This document shows positions 1 through 10,757 of a stretch of DNA of 64,000 bases, piece by piece. The notes beneath the pieces are model-generated. The model did not search any database, was not told where the DNA came from, and saw only the letters and a program-made list of their open reading frames with translations. Numbering within the stretch: the first letter of the stretch is position 1; each line of letters opens with the position of its first letter. The DNA is from Lama glama (lineage: Eukaryota), in contig CM052832.1 in NCBI GenBank assembly GCA_028534125.1, forward strand, positions 23,438,001 to 23,502,000, in the 5' to 3' direction. The position numbers were made by a program, and so were the translations under genes.

Positions 1-152
1 GAGTCGACTTCGTATGATCATTTGGGAAATTAAAGTCAGTAATAGAGACAAAAGGAAATGCTGGCTCCCCCCGCCTCCCACCTGCCTCTCATGCCCTGCA
101 GGCCTTGACTTTGTAGAGAAATCTAACCCGTGCCTTTGTGTGTTCTTTCCAG

Positions 153-238
153 CTATGCAGATATAATGCTATCCCTAACGAGAACTGGGTTCCAATACCT
201 CTTGTCTGTTTTTTCTTACGATCCAACTAAACATGCAG
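153..238 (+). CDS. TPMT: Thiopurine S-methyltransferase, third-last coding exon (86 bp; gene starts upstream of window)
   Basis: Polypyrimidine tract plus AG at 151-152 and GT donor at 239-240. Translates [28 protein letters not shown](G), matching TPMT YAD...FQYLL..LSYDPTKH.G. Confidence 0.96.
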
Positions 239-1285
239 GTAAAGTTGTTTGATTGTTCTTTAGTTCCCTCATTTCCTGATTTAATTCTATGACATGGGCA
301 GCATTAATTTCTCCTGATTTATCTCATGTGACACATACGACATGAAATCCGTGTCATCCATGGTTGGGGGATGTCTGGGGCAGGTGCCTACAGATACGCA
401 CGAACACATCCTCGTAAGAGGACGGTGTAGGACCTGGACGTGGCGAGGCCAGAGCTGTGCCGGAGAATCTGTAAACTGTTACTTAATTTCTGAAATTGCG
501 CACAATCCGCTGCATTTTTCAAATAACTATCTTTGTTTTGAATGTAAAAGTGATGTTTTCTTCTGGATTCACTTGGATGTGTTTTAACACTAAAGCCTCA
601 CCTTTAAGTCATGGCTTTACAGGAAGAAGGGAAAACCAAATCCATAGACTTTTAATTGGTAAAAATCCCCTTTCTGCTTTCTCACTGAGCTTTTTGTAAA
701 GCGGTTTGTTTTATAAATATTTATAGATGTCAGTAGAAATTTTTTTTCTGTTTGAATAAAGCAGGTCTTGAAAACTCCTTCAAAGATGAGACCTAGTGTC
801 CATGATTAAGTCTGGGACCATCAGATGGAAATAGAAAATACTGGACAGATGTCAGCTCCACTGACGTGACTAAATTCCCTTTCTGAGCAGCAGGGCTAAG
901 GAAGGGCCTGAGGGGAGAAGACACAGTGGAGGCTCAGAACAGCCTCTCGGAAGAGGCAGAACTGTTCCGCTTAAAGTAAATGGCAGTGAACTCCACTCAT
1001 ATTTCCCTGCTCCCGAGCCCCAGGCTGACTCAGCCGTCTCACCTAAGCTAGAGATGGGCACCTGCCATTACCATCCCCTCCGTAAGCCAGTCTTTGGTAT
1101 AAGATACGCAAAAGAAAAAGCAAAAGAACCTGTCACAGCCTCGCCTATTTGGATAACTAAGTTGTGTATGGAGTGAGTGTACCCAAGTCATTGGAAATAA
1201 GCTGAGAACTGAGCCCTGAGAATTTCTTTCTCTTTAGAGTTAGATCTATAGAATTTATTCGTCACCATGTTTCTCTTTTACTTAG

Positions 1286-1330
1286 GTCCACCATTTTATG
1301 TTCCAGATGCTGAAGTTAAAAAATTGTTTG
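1286..1330 (+). CDS. TPMT: TPMT penultimate coding exon (45 bp)
   Basis: ttttacttAG acceptor and GTAAGT donor at 1331. Encodes (G)PPFYVPDAEVKKLF(G). Phase is consistent with the flanking exons. Confidence 0.96.
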
Positions 1331-1763
1331 GTAAGTTCCAGATGTGTGCTGTAACTTTTTAAATAAAGTCAACAGTCAACTGTTTTGAGCTGTTAGCAGA
1401 CTATCACTATCTCAAAGTATATAAAATATAAAAGCCAGAAACCATTTTATTGGAGGCTATTTTATCCAAAAAAAGGGACCCATCTCCATACTATGCCTTT
1501 GGGCTAAGTGGTATGTTTATGTGAAAGACATTTGAATTCTTCTAGAGAGATGGTAAGTTTATTTTAGCTCTTAGGAGTTCTAAGTGATACCAACAATTCA
1601 GAGTTCAGAAAAGTTACCTGTGGTTTTGTCCCAGTTTCATTAAAAAGAACAGAAGAATCTTCAGTGCACACTGTTTTTGAAATCATTTGATGACGTGCTT
1701 TTAGAAGAACTGCTTGCATTCTTCATAAAGTTTTAGCTTGTTACGTTTTCTTTTTTGTTTCAG

Positions 1764-1876
1764 GTTCAATGTGCAACATCCATTGTCTGGAGAAGGTGGA
1801 TGCTTTTGAAGAACGACATAAAAGCTGGGGAATTGACTGCATTATTGAAAAGCTGTATCTATTTACAGAAAAGTGA
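1764..1876 (+). CDS. TPMT: TPMT last coding exon (113 bp to stop)
   Basis: ttttgtttcAG acceptor. Encodes (G)[36 protein letters not shown], with TGA at 1874-1876; this is the TPMT C-terminus. Confidence 0.97.
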
Positions 1877-2469
1877 ATGAGACGTAAACAGAAGCAAGTC
1901 ATATCAACATGTTTTTGAGCAACTGGAAATTGTGCTAAGGCACGAAAATGTAATAGATGACTTTTGGGGAAAAAATTATTCACAAATCGTATCACAGATC
2001 TTTGGTCAAAAATGCATATAACTCTTTAGGGAAAAAAATAGAACCATACTTTGGAAAGGAGAGTTTGATTGGGGGGTGAAAGATTATCCCTGTATGTCTT
2101 ACTTACAGATTGCAAGAATTTTTACAATTAGCATGTAATACGTGTATAATTTAAAAAAAAACAGTAATGTAATACATATAACTTAAAGAAATATAATAGA
2201 CATAGAAAAATTGGCATTCTTTATGAAATTTAGAACCATTGAGGAAATGTAACACTTTAATAGGGTTCAGGGTAAAAGACAGTGATCCAAGACATTATGT
2301 AAAACATTAACTTTTACTATAAACCCTCAAATTGTGCTTAATTCTAGCACCCATTTTCACACTTTTCCTCCTTATCTAATTTTATATGTGACAGAATGAA
2401 GAAACAGATTTTAAAATTATTGAAATTAACCAATCTATATGGAACAAAATATTTTTCCCAAACTGTAAA

Positions 2470-2475
2470 AATAAA
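2470..2475 (+). terminator. Candidate TPMT polyadenylation signal
   Basis: AATAAA about 600 nt after the stop, followed by GT/T-rich downstream sequence. Not verified by transcript data. Confidence 0.45.
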
Positions 2476-4769
2476 TCTTTTAGAAGTTTTTTTTCTGAGT
2501 TTGGCAGTTTTTTCCTCTTAATTTAATCTTGTTTAAATGATAAAGTCTTTATGTAGTGCAGCGTTCTTAGGGCTGGATTCATGTCTGTTCACTTATGAAA
2601 GTTTAGATTCAAAACTTCTGTTTTTCATTAACAATCACATTTTGTTAAATCAGACGTTCCCCTCTCGGCTAATACCAAAATGATTTAGATTGTTTAGCAC
2701 ATGTTAATAGGGTAGTGTGTATTATAAAAATTCAGTTACTCAAATGTGTGTGTGGGAACTTGAGAAGCCTTGAAATCTCCAGATTCTTATTTCCTGCCGT
2801 GTATCTCCAGCTCATTTTTCTGTTGGTGCTCAAAACATTCAAGCCTGCACTGCCATCCCCTCCTCACCAAAACCCTCACCCCTGAAGCCAAGCACGTGGG
2901 GCACAAGTCACAGAATTAGGGGGTCAGAGCGGGCACTGGGAGACCAGATGCCCTTGCGGGAGAGCAGAGCTGGAGAGGGCGCAGAGGGTCAGAGTCCAAG
3001 GAACCGCACTGCTGATGGAGAGCCGCCTGTTGAGGTGCTGACCTGAAACTCAAAATGTGAGCAACCCAAGAGGGATTCAGGTTGGCAATGGTAGCAAGTT
3101 TTCGCTCCTATGAGCTCACCAGCCCCACAGTAAGTGCCCACTGTCTGTCTTTGCTCTCTGTTAAAAGGTTGTATGTCTGCGCCCAGATTGAGTTGCTTCT
3201 GTTCTATTCAACTTGCTCCTCTTCCCTCCTCTCCCATCTCATTCTGGGATTCCTTCTCAACTGTGTGTATGCGGCATGTCTTCCCCAACTCGCCAAACCA
3301 GCAGCCCACCTGTCCAAGCACCAACTCCCTCCCCAGACCCCTCAACCTGGAGCCCTGTGCTCCCTCTCCTCTGCTGGGACCCCCTAGGCTGGGGGTGGTC
3401 TCCATCTTCCCTCCTCACCATGTGCTACTTTGCACAGAGCTCAGCCACTGGCCACAAGATCTGGTCTTCAACACCTCTGCCTCCACAGCCCTCAGGGCTT
3501 GTTCGAAGTGGACGCAGGAAGAGATGGGTATGCTCTTCCAGGACCCTGTAAATAGAGTATTGGAGGGTGGCAGAGAGGCTCCCCTGCAGGGAAGGAAGGG
3601 TTGGGCACAGCAAACTCAGAATGTTAGAGTTAGACTCGGCATTTCTTCATTAATCAGCATGTGTATATGTTGTGATCAGGAGTACACTCCGTAAGGTATT
3701 TGAGAAACCTTTCAACCTTGACTTTAAAGATAAGCAAATGCTTAGCACGTGACCTGGATAAATGCTGTTTTCCGAATGATGGTTCCTATAAATACTAGGG
3801 AACCATCAAAGGAAAGGTATAACGTTGGGGCTTGCTGCCTGTATGCAGTATCCTCGTAAGTCTTCACCCATTTGTTGGGCTCCCACTGTTACCCAGGTGT
3901 GTGCCGAGCACTGGGGAAACGGCTTCAAGCAAAACCAGGTGTGGTTCCTGCTCTCCTGGAACTGAGTTTCTCTCATCAGAAAAAGAAAGATGGGATGAAG
4001 ATAAAGAGCAGTTTAAGACCGGATAAAAAGGGAAAGTTGGACTTGGTAAAATAGGACAAGAAGGGAGGGAGAAGGTGGGCTGGGTTGACAGGAGTGCTGA
4101 AACAGAATTTAATTCCAAAGAGAGGCAGCAAACACTGAAGAAAACGATTGCCAAGTACGCCCAGCTAGAATGTGGGGATCCGGTTGTGAAGGACGAAAAC
4201 TTACATTTTTAGTTCTGAAGCTTTGTGCAATCAAGAAAGCTTTACCTCTCGATTAAATACCACAAAATAGCATTTCCTAACTTTAAAGTTACCAGAGCCT
4301 TGACAGCAAATTCTCAGAACGGATTACGTGTGTATGTGCCACATTGCTTTCCAGAAGCACTGTGCTGTCTGACTACCAGGTGGTAGAGTGATGACTGTAA
4401 ACAATCTTAAATAAATGGGATTTATTGCAGCTTGTTCTTTGTGGTTTACCTCGCTTAACACTTTCAGCCTCTTGCTGCAGTATTACAGACTGCCACACGG
4501 GGGCAGCAAAGGACTAAGAAAAAGAAGGTGGGCGTCTCGCCAAGCCCAGCAAGAGAACTGGGCCCGCCAGCTCCTCTCCTGAGCGTCACACTCAGGCTCG
4601 CGGAACATCGCCGAGGGACAGTGGGAGCTCCGTCACAATCAGCGATGAGTTGGGGTCTTCGGAAAACAATGCTGGAGCAGAGCCAAGTTAGAAACAAACC
4701 AAACATCAGTGAAATCAGTCTGGAAAGCATCTTGGGAAGGCGGTATATCATATTACAGACTTGGTCTAG

Positions 4770-5075
4770 ATCTGCACAGTTCACACAGTAACCACCAGTT
4801 GCATGTGGTTCCTGAGCTGAATTAGGATGTACTGAGTTTAAAATACATGCGGGACCTTACCTAGTACTAAAAAAAGAGAGTGTGTAAAAATGTCTAATAA
4901 TTTTTGCAGTGATTACATGTCACAATCATATTATTTGGGATATTACGGATATTTGAGTTAAAATATGTGATTAAATTCATTTCACTAATTTCTTTTTACT
5001 TTTTAAAATGGGGACACTAGAAAATTTAATTTATATATGTGGCTCTCGTTGTATTTCTACTAGATAACACCAATT
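4770..5075. mobile_element. hAT-Charlie DNA transposon relic (MER3/MER33-like)
   Basis: Recognised motifs gtaaccaccagttgcatgtgg and aaaatttaatttatatatgtggctctcgttgtatttctactagataacac. Confidence 0.6.
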
Positions 5076-5574
5076 CTAAAAGTATCCCATTTTTAGATGG
5101 AATTTCGATTTCCTGATTACTTTGGAAAGTAATCTCTATTTGGAATGAAAATGTATTGTAGTCTGAAATTATTAAGTCTTACTAACATTAAGTTGGTTAT
5201 TGTGTTCCAATACACAGATAATCTTTGAATCCTGTAACACTAGATAAGAACATGTTTTTTCTTGTCTTACATTAATGCTTCCTCTGGGGGATTTAATGGG
5301 ATAAAAATCCCATTTTCTCAGAAGTCTAGCAAATAAGAGGGTGAAAGATGACGGTCATTATCTCTAAATGAGGAGCAATGATCGGATATGTGCTTTTGCC
5401 AAAGACAGTGTTCACGTGAGACATTGAGGAAGGACTCCTGAAAACGAGAGCCTGCAAGTACCACAGTGATTCTTCTGTTTGAAGTTTTTGAACACATGGT
5501 AGATTCTCTGTGCTTTCCGTATTGTCTGGGGTTGATAGAATTTAACCTGGTATAATTTGAGGGACTGTTGTATC

Positions 5575-5870
5575 TCAGTGGTTCTCAAACTTGGCTGCAG
5601 ATTATAATCCCCTTGGGAGATTTTTTTAAAATTGTGTTTTTTAATATTTTATTTTTATTTATTTTTATTTTGGTGGGGGGAGGAGGTAATTAGGTTTATT
5701 TATTTTTAGGGAGGGCCCTGGGATTGAACCCAGGACCTTTTGTATGCTAAGCATGCACCCTACCACTTGAGCTATATACCCTTCCCCCTCCACTTGGGAG
5801 CTCTTAAAAATCCCAGCTGCCCAGACCACATCCTGGACAAGTCAATCTTTCCGGGATGAGACCCAGATAT
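5575..5870. mobile_element. MER5A-like DNA transposon interrupted by a SINE
   Basis: Starts cagtggttctcaaacttggctgcagattataatc and resumes after the SINE with cttgggagctcttaaaaatcccagctgcccagacc. Confidence 0.6.
5632..5790 (-). mobile_element. Camelid tRNA-Ala-derived SINE (Vic-1 type, long form)
   Basis: Reverse complement of GGGGAAGGG..TAGCTCAAGTGGTAG..GCATGCTTAGCAT..GGTCCTGGGTTCAATCCCAG with A-rich tail. Imperfect TSD cttgggag.t.tt on both sides. Confidence 0.85.
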
Positions 5871-5889
5871 TTACCAAGTTTGAAGACAA

Positions 5890-6130
5890 CTCGGGTAATT
5901 AACAGTGTGGGCTCTGCTGTCAAACCGCCTGGCTCAAATCCCAGCCTGGCCACTTCCTGGCCATGACTCTGGGCAAGAAACTTAGCCTCTACATGCTCTT
6001 TTGTAGAAAAGGGGTGATGAAAATAACATACCCTTATAGGATTGTCAAGAGGTTTAAATAAGATAACCTACGGAAACCACTTTAAAGAGGGCAGGTGTGG
6101 AGAAAGTTCTATAGTAATTATTATTAGCTA
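5890..6130. mobile_element. MIR SINE relic
   Basis: ctcaaatcccagc..ccacttcctggccatgactctgggcaag..cttagcctct and gtagaaaaggggtgatgaaaata match the MIR core. Confidence 0.65.
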
Positions 6131-6286
6131 ACAGCTTTCTTATTTCATCCAAATCTCTCTGGAAGACTTTCCCAGCCATGTCCCCACCTCTGACATGACA
6201 CAAATTCACCTAGTGGGTTTTATGGTTTGTCGTATAACAATCCCTTCCTTCACACTTAAATTCATTTTAAAATCTACTGTAATCTT

Positions 6287-6345
6287 TTTTTTTAACATTT
6301 TTTATTGATTTATAATCATTTTACAATGTTGTGTCAAATTCCAGT
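6287..6345 (-). mobile_element. Extremely 5'-truncated L1 3' end (about 59 bp) with a 16-bp TSD
   Basis: Exact direct repeats aatctactgtaatctt at 6271-6286 and 6346-6361 flank the reverse complement of an L1 3' terminus with AATAAA and an A-tail. Confidence 0.85.
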
Positions 6346-6694
6346 AATCTACTGTAATCTTAAGCATATACTTAAAGTATTAAGCATCTACTTTGCAGAG
6401 TGATAGGAGACCCAAAAGAAGTACGTGCACCTGCCTCACCCCCTCGGATTTAAATTTCCCCTTTGCTCTGTGTTTTCCCAGTCAGATCGCAAGCATCGTG
6501 AGCTTACACCCAGCCCTGCCCACTGGAAACTGCAGGGCACTTTTCTAGGTAATAGAGAGCAACTCGCTTGTCCTCAATAGGTGCTTTTCCCCGAGTGTAA
6601 AGTGGAGATAATCTATCCATGGCTGTTGTGAACGTTGCAGATCTGACTCCGCCCTGTGGATAGTTTGTAAATGTCTGGGGTTAGGCCCTCAGGC

Positions 6695-6726
6695 TGCAGT
6701 GCCGCGCGCGCCCACCAGGGGGCAGC
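6695..6726 (+). promoter_or_regulatory. CTCF binding motif with upstream (ZF9-11) module
   Basis: TGCAGTGCC, then 8 nt, then CCACCAGGGGGCAGC. Matches the CTCF core consensus and the upstream motif at the usual spacing. Confidence 0.75.
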
Positions 6727-6801
6727 AGGTCTCGGCCGAGCTGCCCGCTGCCGTCGACGTCAGGACCCGCGCCCCGCCCCGTGCCCGTGACCCAGCGCGG
6801 C

Positions 6802-6849
6802 GCGGGCGCAGCGTCCGGCTCTGCGGGCGCAGCGTCCGGCTCTGCGGGC
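6802..6849 (+). repeat. 21-bp tandem repeat (2.3 copies) upstream of the NHLRC1 ATG
   Basis: gcgggcgcagcgtccggctct at 6802-6822 and 6823-6843, then a partial copy gcgggc. Confidence 0.95.
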
Positions 6850-6882
6850 TGGCGGCGCGACGGGAGCGCCGGGCGCCGCGCG

Positions 6883-8070
6883 ATGGGTGCCGAGGCCTCC
6901 GGGGGCGGGCCGGCGCTGCGGGACCTGGTGCGCGAGGCCGAGATCAGCCTGCTCGAGTGCAAAGTGTGCTTTGAGCGGTTCGGCCACCGCCAGCAGCGGC
7001 GCCCGCGCAACCTGCCCTGCGGCCACGTGGTCTGCCTGGCCTGCGTGGCCGCCCTGGCGCACCCGCGGACGCTGGCCCTCGAGTGCCCCTTCTGCCGTCG
7101 AGCCTGCCGGGGCTGCGACACCAGCGACTGCCTGCCGGTGCTGCACCTCCTGGAGCTGCTGGGTTCCGCGCTTCGCCAGGCCCCTGCAGCCAACCGCGCC
7201 GCCCCCAGCTCCCCCGGGGCCTTCACCTGCCACCACGCCTTCGGGGGCTGGGGGACCCTGGTGAACCCCACCGGGCTGGCGCTGTGCCCCAAGACGGGGC
7301 GGGTCGTGGTGGTGCACGACGGCAAGAGGCGGGTCAAGATCTTTGACTCCGGGGGAGGATGTGCACATCAGTTTGGAGAGAAGGGGGACGCTGCTCAGGA
7401 CATTAGGTACCCACTTGATGTCACCGTCACCAACGACTGCCATGTGGTTGTCACCGACGCCGGCGACCGCTCCATCAAAGTGTTTGACTTTTTTGGCCAG
7501 ATCAAGCTTGTCATTGGAGGCCAGTTCTCCTTGCCTTGGGGTGTGGAGACCACCCCTCAGAATGGGGTCTTGGTAACTGATGCAGAAGCGGGGTCCCTGC
7601 ACCTCCTGGAAGTCGACTTTCCAGAAGGGGTCCTCCGGAGAACCGAAAGGTTGCAAGCTGCCCTGTGCCATCCCCGAGGGGTGGCCGTGTCCTGGCTCAC
7701 CGGGGCCATAGCAGTGTTAGAGCACCCCCGGGCTCTGGGCAGCGGCGCCTGCGGCACCACGGTGAAGGTGTTCAGCGCAAGCATGCAGCTCATCGGCCAG
7801 GTGGATGCCTTTGGGCTGAGCCTCTTTTTCCCCTCCAAAATAATTGCCTCCGCTGTGACCTTTGATCACCAAGGGAACGTGATTGTGGCAGACACTTGTA
7901 GTCAGGCTGTCCTGTGCTTAGGAAAACCCGAGGAGTTTCCAGGTCTGAAACCCATCATCACCCATGGTCTTTCCCATCCTGTGGCACTGACCTTCACCAA
8001 GGAAAACTCTCTTCTTGTGCTGGATAGTGCAGCCCATTCTGTGAAAGTCTATAAGGTTGACTGGGGGTGA
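6883..8070 (+). CDS. NHLRC1: E3 ubiquitin ligase malin (EPM2B), single-exon, 395 aa
   Basis: ATG at 6883 in strong Kozak context (G at -3, G at +4). C3HC4 RING (CKVC..CGH..CLAC..CPFC) followed by NHL repeats ([41 protein letters not shown]), ending KVYKVDWG. Syntenic with TPMT and KIF13A. Confidence 0.98.
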   Translation: MGAEASGGGPALRDLVREAEISLLECKVCFERFGHRQQRRPRNLPCGHVVCLACVAALAHPRTLALECPFCRRACRGCDTSDCLPVLHLLELLGSALRQAPAANRAAPSSPGAFTCHHAFGGWGTLVNPTGLALCPKTGRVVVVHDGKRRVKIFDSGGGCAHQFGEKGDAAQDIRYPLDVTVTNDCHVVVTDAGDRSIKVFDFFGQIKLVIGGQFSLPWGVETTPQNGVLVTDAEAGSLHLLEVDFPEGVLRRTERLQAALCHPRGVAVSWLTGAIAVLEHPRALGSGACGTTVKVFSASMQLIGQVDAFGLSLFFPSKIIASAVTFDHQGNVIVADTCSQAVLCLGKPEEFPGLKPIITHGLSHPVALTFTKENSLLVLDSAAHSVKVYKVDWG

Positions 8071-8264
8071 TGGGGTGTCCGGGGCTGGTCCTGGGGCCTG
8101 GCTTCAGTAGCCCTGAAGCTGCCCCTGCTGAATTGTTTAACCCTGGCTAAATTCCTTAATGTCACCTGTGATAATTATAACTGCCTGGTAAAGTTACAAA
8201 GGCTGGGGCAACTATTAAAGAATAATAATTAAATCTACCATTTCTTGATTGGTACTCCCTGTTC

Positions 8265-8460
8265 TAAGAAACTTGCAAATATTAGCTCATTTAATCCTTA
8301 CAACTACCCAGTGGTGGTTTCTGTTATGAATCCCATTTTAGAGATGAGAAAACTGAGACACAGAGAGCTTAAGTGATTTACCCAAACATGTCACGTTACT
8401 TACTATGACAGTCACAATAGGAACTTTGTTCTGACTCCAAAACCCCTTGCTCTTAAACAA
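8265..8460. mobile_element. MIR relic in the probable NHLRC1 3' UTR
   Basis: catttaatcttacaactaccc..cccattttagagatgagaaaactgagacacagagagcttaagtgatttacccaa is the MIR core. Confidence 0.75.
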
Positions 8461-9972
8461 GGTAACAGATGCGGGAAGGGGTTGTGAGTGTATATTGTTG
8501 CTATGTGTACTCCATTTAATTAGATGCATGGAGAAAGGAGACTTTAGAGAGAGTTCAAAAGGAAAAGGATTTTTTGGTGAACATCAGTTTAGTTCAGCTT
8601 GCAGTTCCTTTTGATGGCACATTAGGTGGAGTTCCTGTGGATCCTGAGTTACTTGAATAAGAAAAATCATTGAAATTACTTATTCAAAAGGGAAACGTAT
8701 CTCTTAGTACCTGTATCTCCTCCACTGTCAGCACTTGGGAAACTACTTGGTTGGTTTGTGTCGAGTGAGTTCTAAACTGCGGAACACACCACACCCATCC
8801 TGGTGTTAGAGAGCTGGGTGATGTTCTGTTTGTGTTACTAAAGTCAGGTCAGGGCGGAAGTGATTTTGCCTGCCTTTATTATGACCAGTGGTAACCTGAA
8901 GCACTTTTGTGATGGAGTTTTTCTCCATTCAGTTAAATCTATCCCATGTGTTGCAAACACTGGGTATTCAATAAGCAGTTGCCTTGGCCCTGAGTCAGCA
9001 TTTAGGCCACTGCTCAACACTTATATACTTCTTGAAGTAGAGCCTTGATTAAGATACCGCCTGCTTTAATGTTGCAGTTGATGGAGTGGATAGGTGCTCA
9101 TTTTGTGTTAAGCAACCTGCGAAGGGTGAGGATGTGAAGGAGCCCTCAGGCACTAACAGGCTGGTGTGGGGGTGGGGACAAGATTATCAGAAAGATACAG
9201 CCCAGAATGGGAAGGGCTCAGCGGAGCATATGCTCAGGGCACTGGGAGGAGGGAGTACCCCCGACGGCCCAAGCAGAGCAGGCACCTCGGAAAGCCTAGA
9301 ATTTGGGACTGATTAATGTTGTGAATACTGGTCACTTCATCCAAAACAAACTAGAAGCAAACAGTTGTAGTTCAGCCCGCACTGGTTCTTCATGGTACCA
9401 ACATCAGGACCTATTTTTCTGGAGCAGTAGCCAGTCAGGATGCTAGGACTCTATAAAAAAGATGAAATGACAGCTGTGTTTCTGAGCATCTGAGGGCATT
9501 TTATGGATATTTTTACATTTAGCTAAACACCACAGTAGTAAATGGATTAATATCTGCCCGGGTCAAAAGTGCCCTTTCTGAACAAAGCTTATTTATTGTT
9601 ACAGTAAAATCCTTCCCACAGTGAAATATTTGATAATCCTCTCCCACATTTAATCCTTCCCCATCATCGTGGCAACCCCAGATTTTAGGGGAGGAGGAGT
9701 CAAACTGACATCACGAATACTTCCCTAGTTCAGAGATGCTTGTCACTGGAGGTGTCCTCTTGTCTCCTGTGCTCTTGACGTCCCTTGATGCTCAAGGCCT
9801 GCCTGCTGTTAAATCAGGACCTTGCTGGGCATCTTGGCACTGTGGTTATTACCTGAGTCCTCCCCTTCCCTGACTTCAGCAACTCAGGTGGCATCGCTCC
9901 TGTGCACACCAAGGTATCGAGCAGAGGCAAAATAGTCAAGATAAAGACATTGCAAGTTTCCAGCTGGTAGCT

Positions 9973-10069
9973 TTTTTTTTTTTTAATGAAGACACTAGGA
10001 ATTGAACCCAGGACCCAGGACCTCGTGCGTACTAAGCACGTGTTCTACCACTGACCTATACCCAGCCCC
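9973..10069 (-). mobile_element. Camelid tRNA-Ala-derived SINE (short form)
   Basis: Poly-T followed by the reverse-complemented tRNA-like body. TSD ctggtagct at 9964-9972 and 10070-10078. Confidence 0.85.
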
Positions 10070-10257
10070 CTGGTAGCTATTTTTAGCAAATGGGAAACTA
10101 TGTTTAAAGAGGTCAGAAACGTTGACTAATTTCCAAGAACAATGTCAGAGAAATATGGAGCCTGAGAATAGTTTTGGGTCCAGGTGCCCATCGTGTGGTC
10201 AGGATATCCAGAATAACTTCTCCAATTTGGATGGAAGCCACCCTCAAAAATGTGTCA

Positions 10258-10757
10258 NNNNNNNNNNNNNNNNNNNNNNNNNNNNNNNNNNNNNNNNNNN
10301 NNNNNNNNNNNNNNNNNNNNNNNNNNNNNNNNNNNNNNNNNNNNNNNNNNNNNNNNNNNNNNNNNNNNNNNNNNNNNNNNNNNNNNNNNNNNNNNNNNNN
10401 NNNNNNNNNNNNNNNNNNNNNNNNNNNNNNNNNNNNNNNNNNNNNNNNNNNNNNNNNNNNNNNNNNNNNNNNNNNNNNNNNNNNNNNNNNNNNNNNNNNN
10501 NNNNNNNNNNNNNNNNNNNNNNNNNNNNNNNNNNNNNNNNNNNNNNNNNNNNNNNNNNNNNNNNNNNNNNNNNNNNNNNNNNNNNNNNNNNNNNNNNNNN
10601 NNNNNNNNNNNNNNNNNNNNNNNNNNNNNNNNNNNNNNNNNNNNNNNNNNNNNNNNNNNNNNNNNNNNNNNNNNNNNNNNNNNNNNNNNNNNNNNNNNNN
10701 NNNNNNNNNNNNNNNNNNNNNNNNNNNNNNNNNNNNNNNNNNNNNNNNNNNNNNNNN
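10258..10757. other. Assembly gap (500 N)
   Basis: Run of N. Confidence 1.

Larger units (their letters stand above)
6690..7480. promoter_or_regulatory. CpG island / NHLRC1 promoter and 5' coding region
   Basis: Abrupt rise in GC and CpG. Contains a CTCF motif (6712-6726), a CRE-like CGACGTCA (6755-6762) and a GC box GCCCCGCCCC (6771-6780). Confidence 0.85.

Noticed and set aside
6781..6882. The ORF track's 429-aa NHLRC1 starting at GTG 6781
   Set aside because: The ATG at 6883 has strong Kozak context and gives the expected 395-aa malin. The extension is kept only as a hypothesis.
6681..7671. Long antisense and alternate-frame ORFs (303 aa, 218 aa, 125 aa) over NHLRC1
   Set aside because: Shadow ORFs of a GC-rich coding sequence, with no recognisable protein features.
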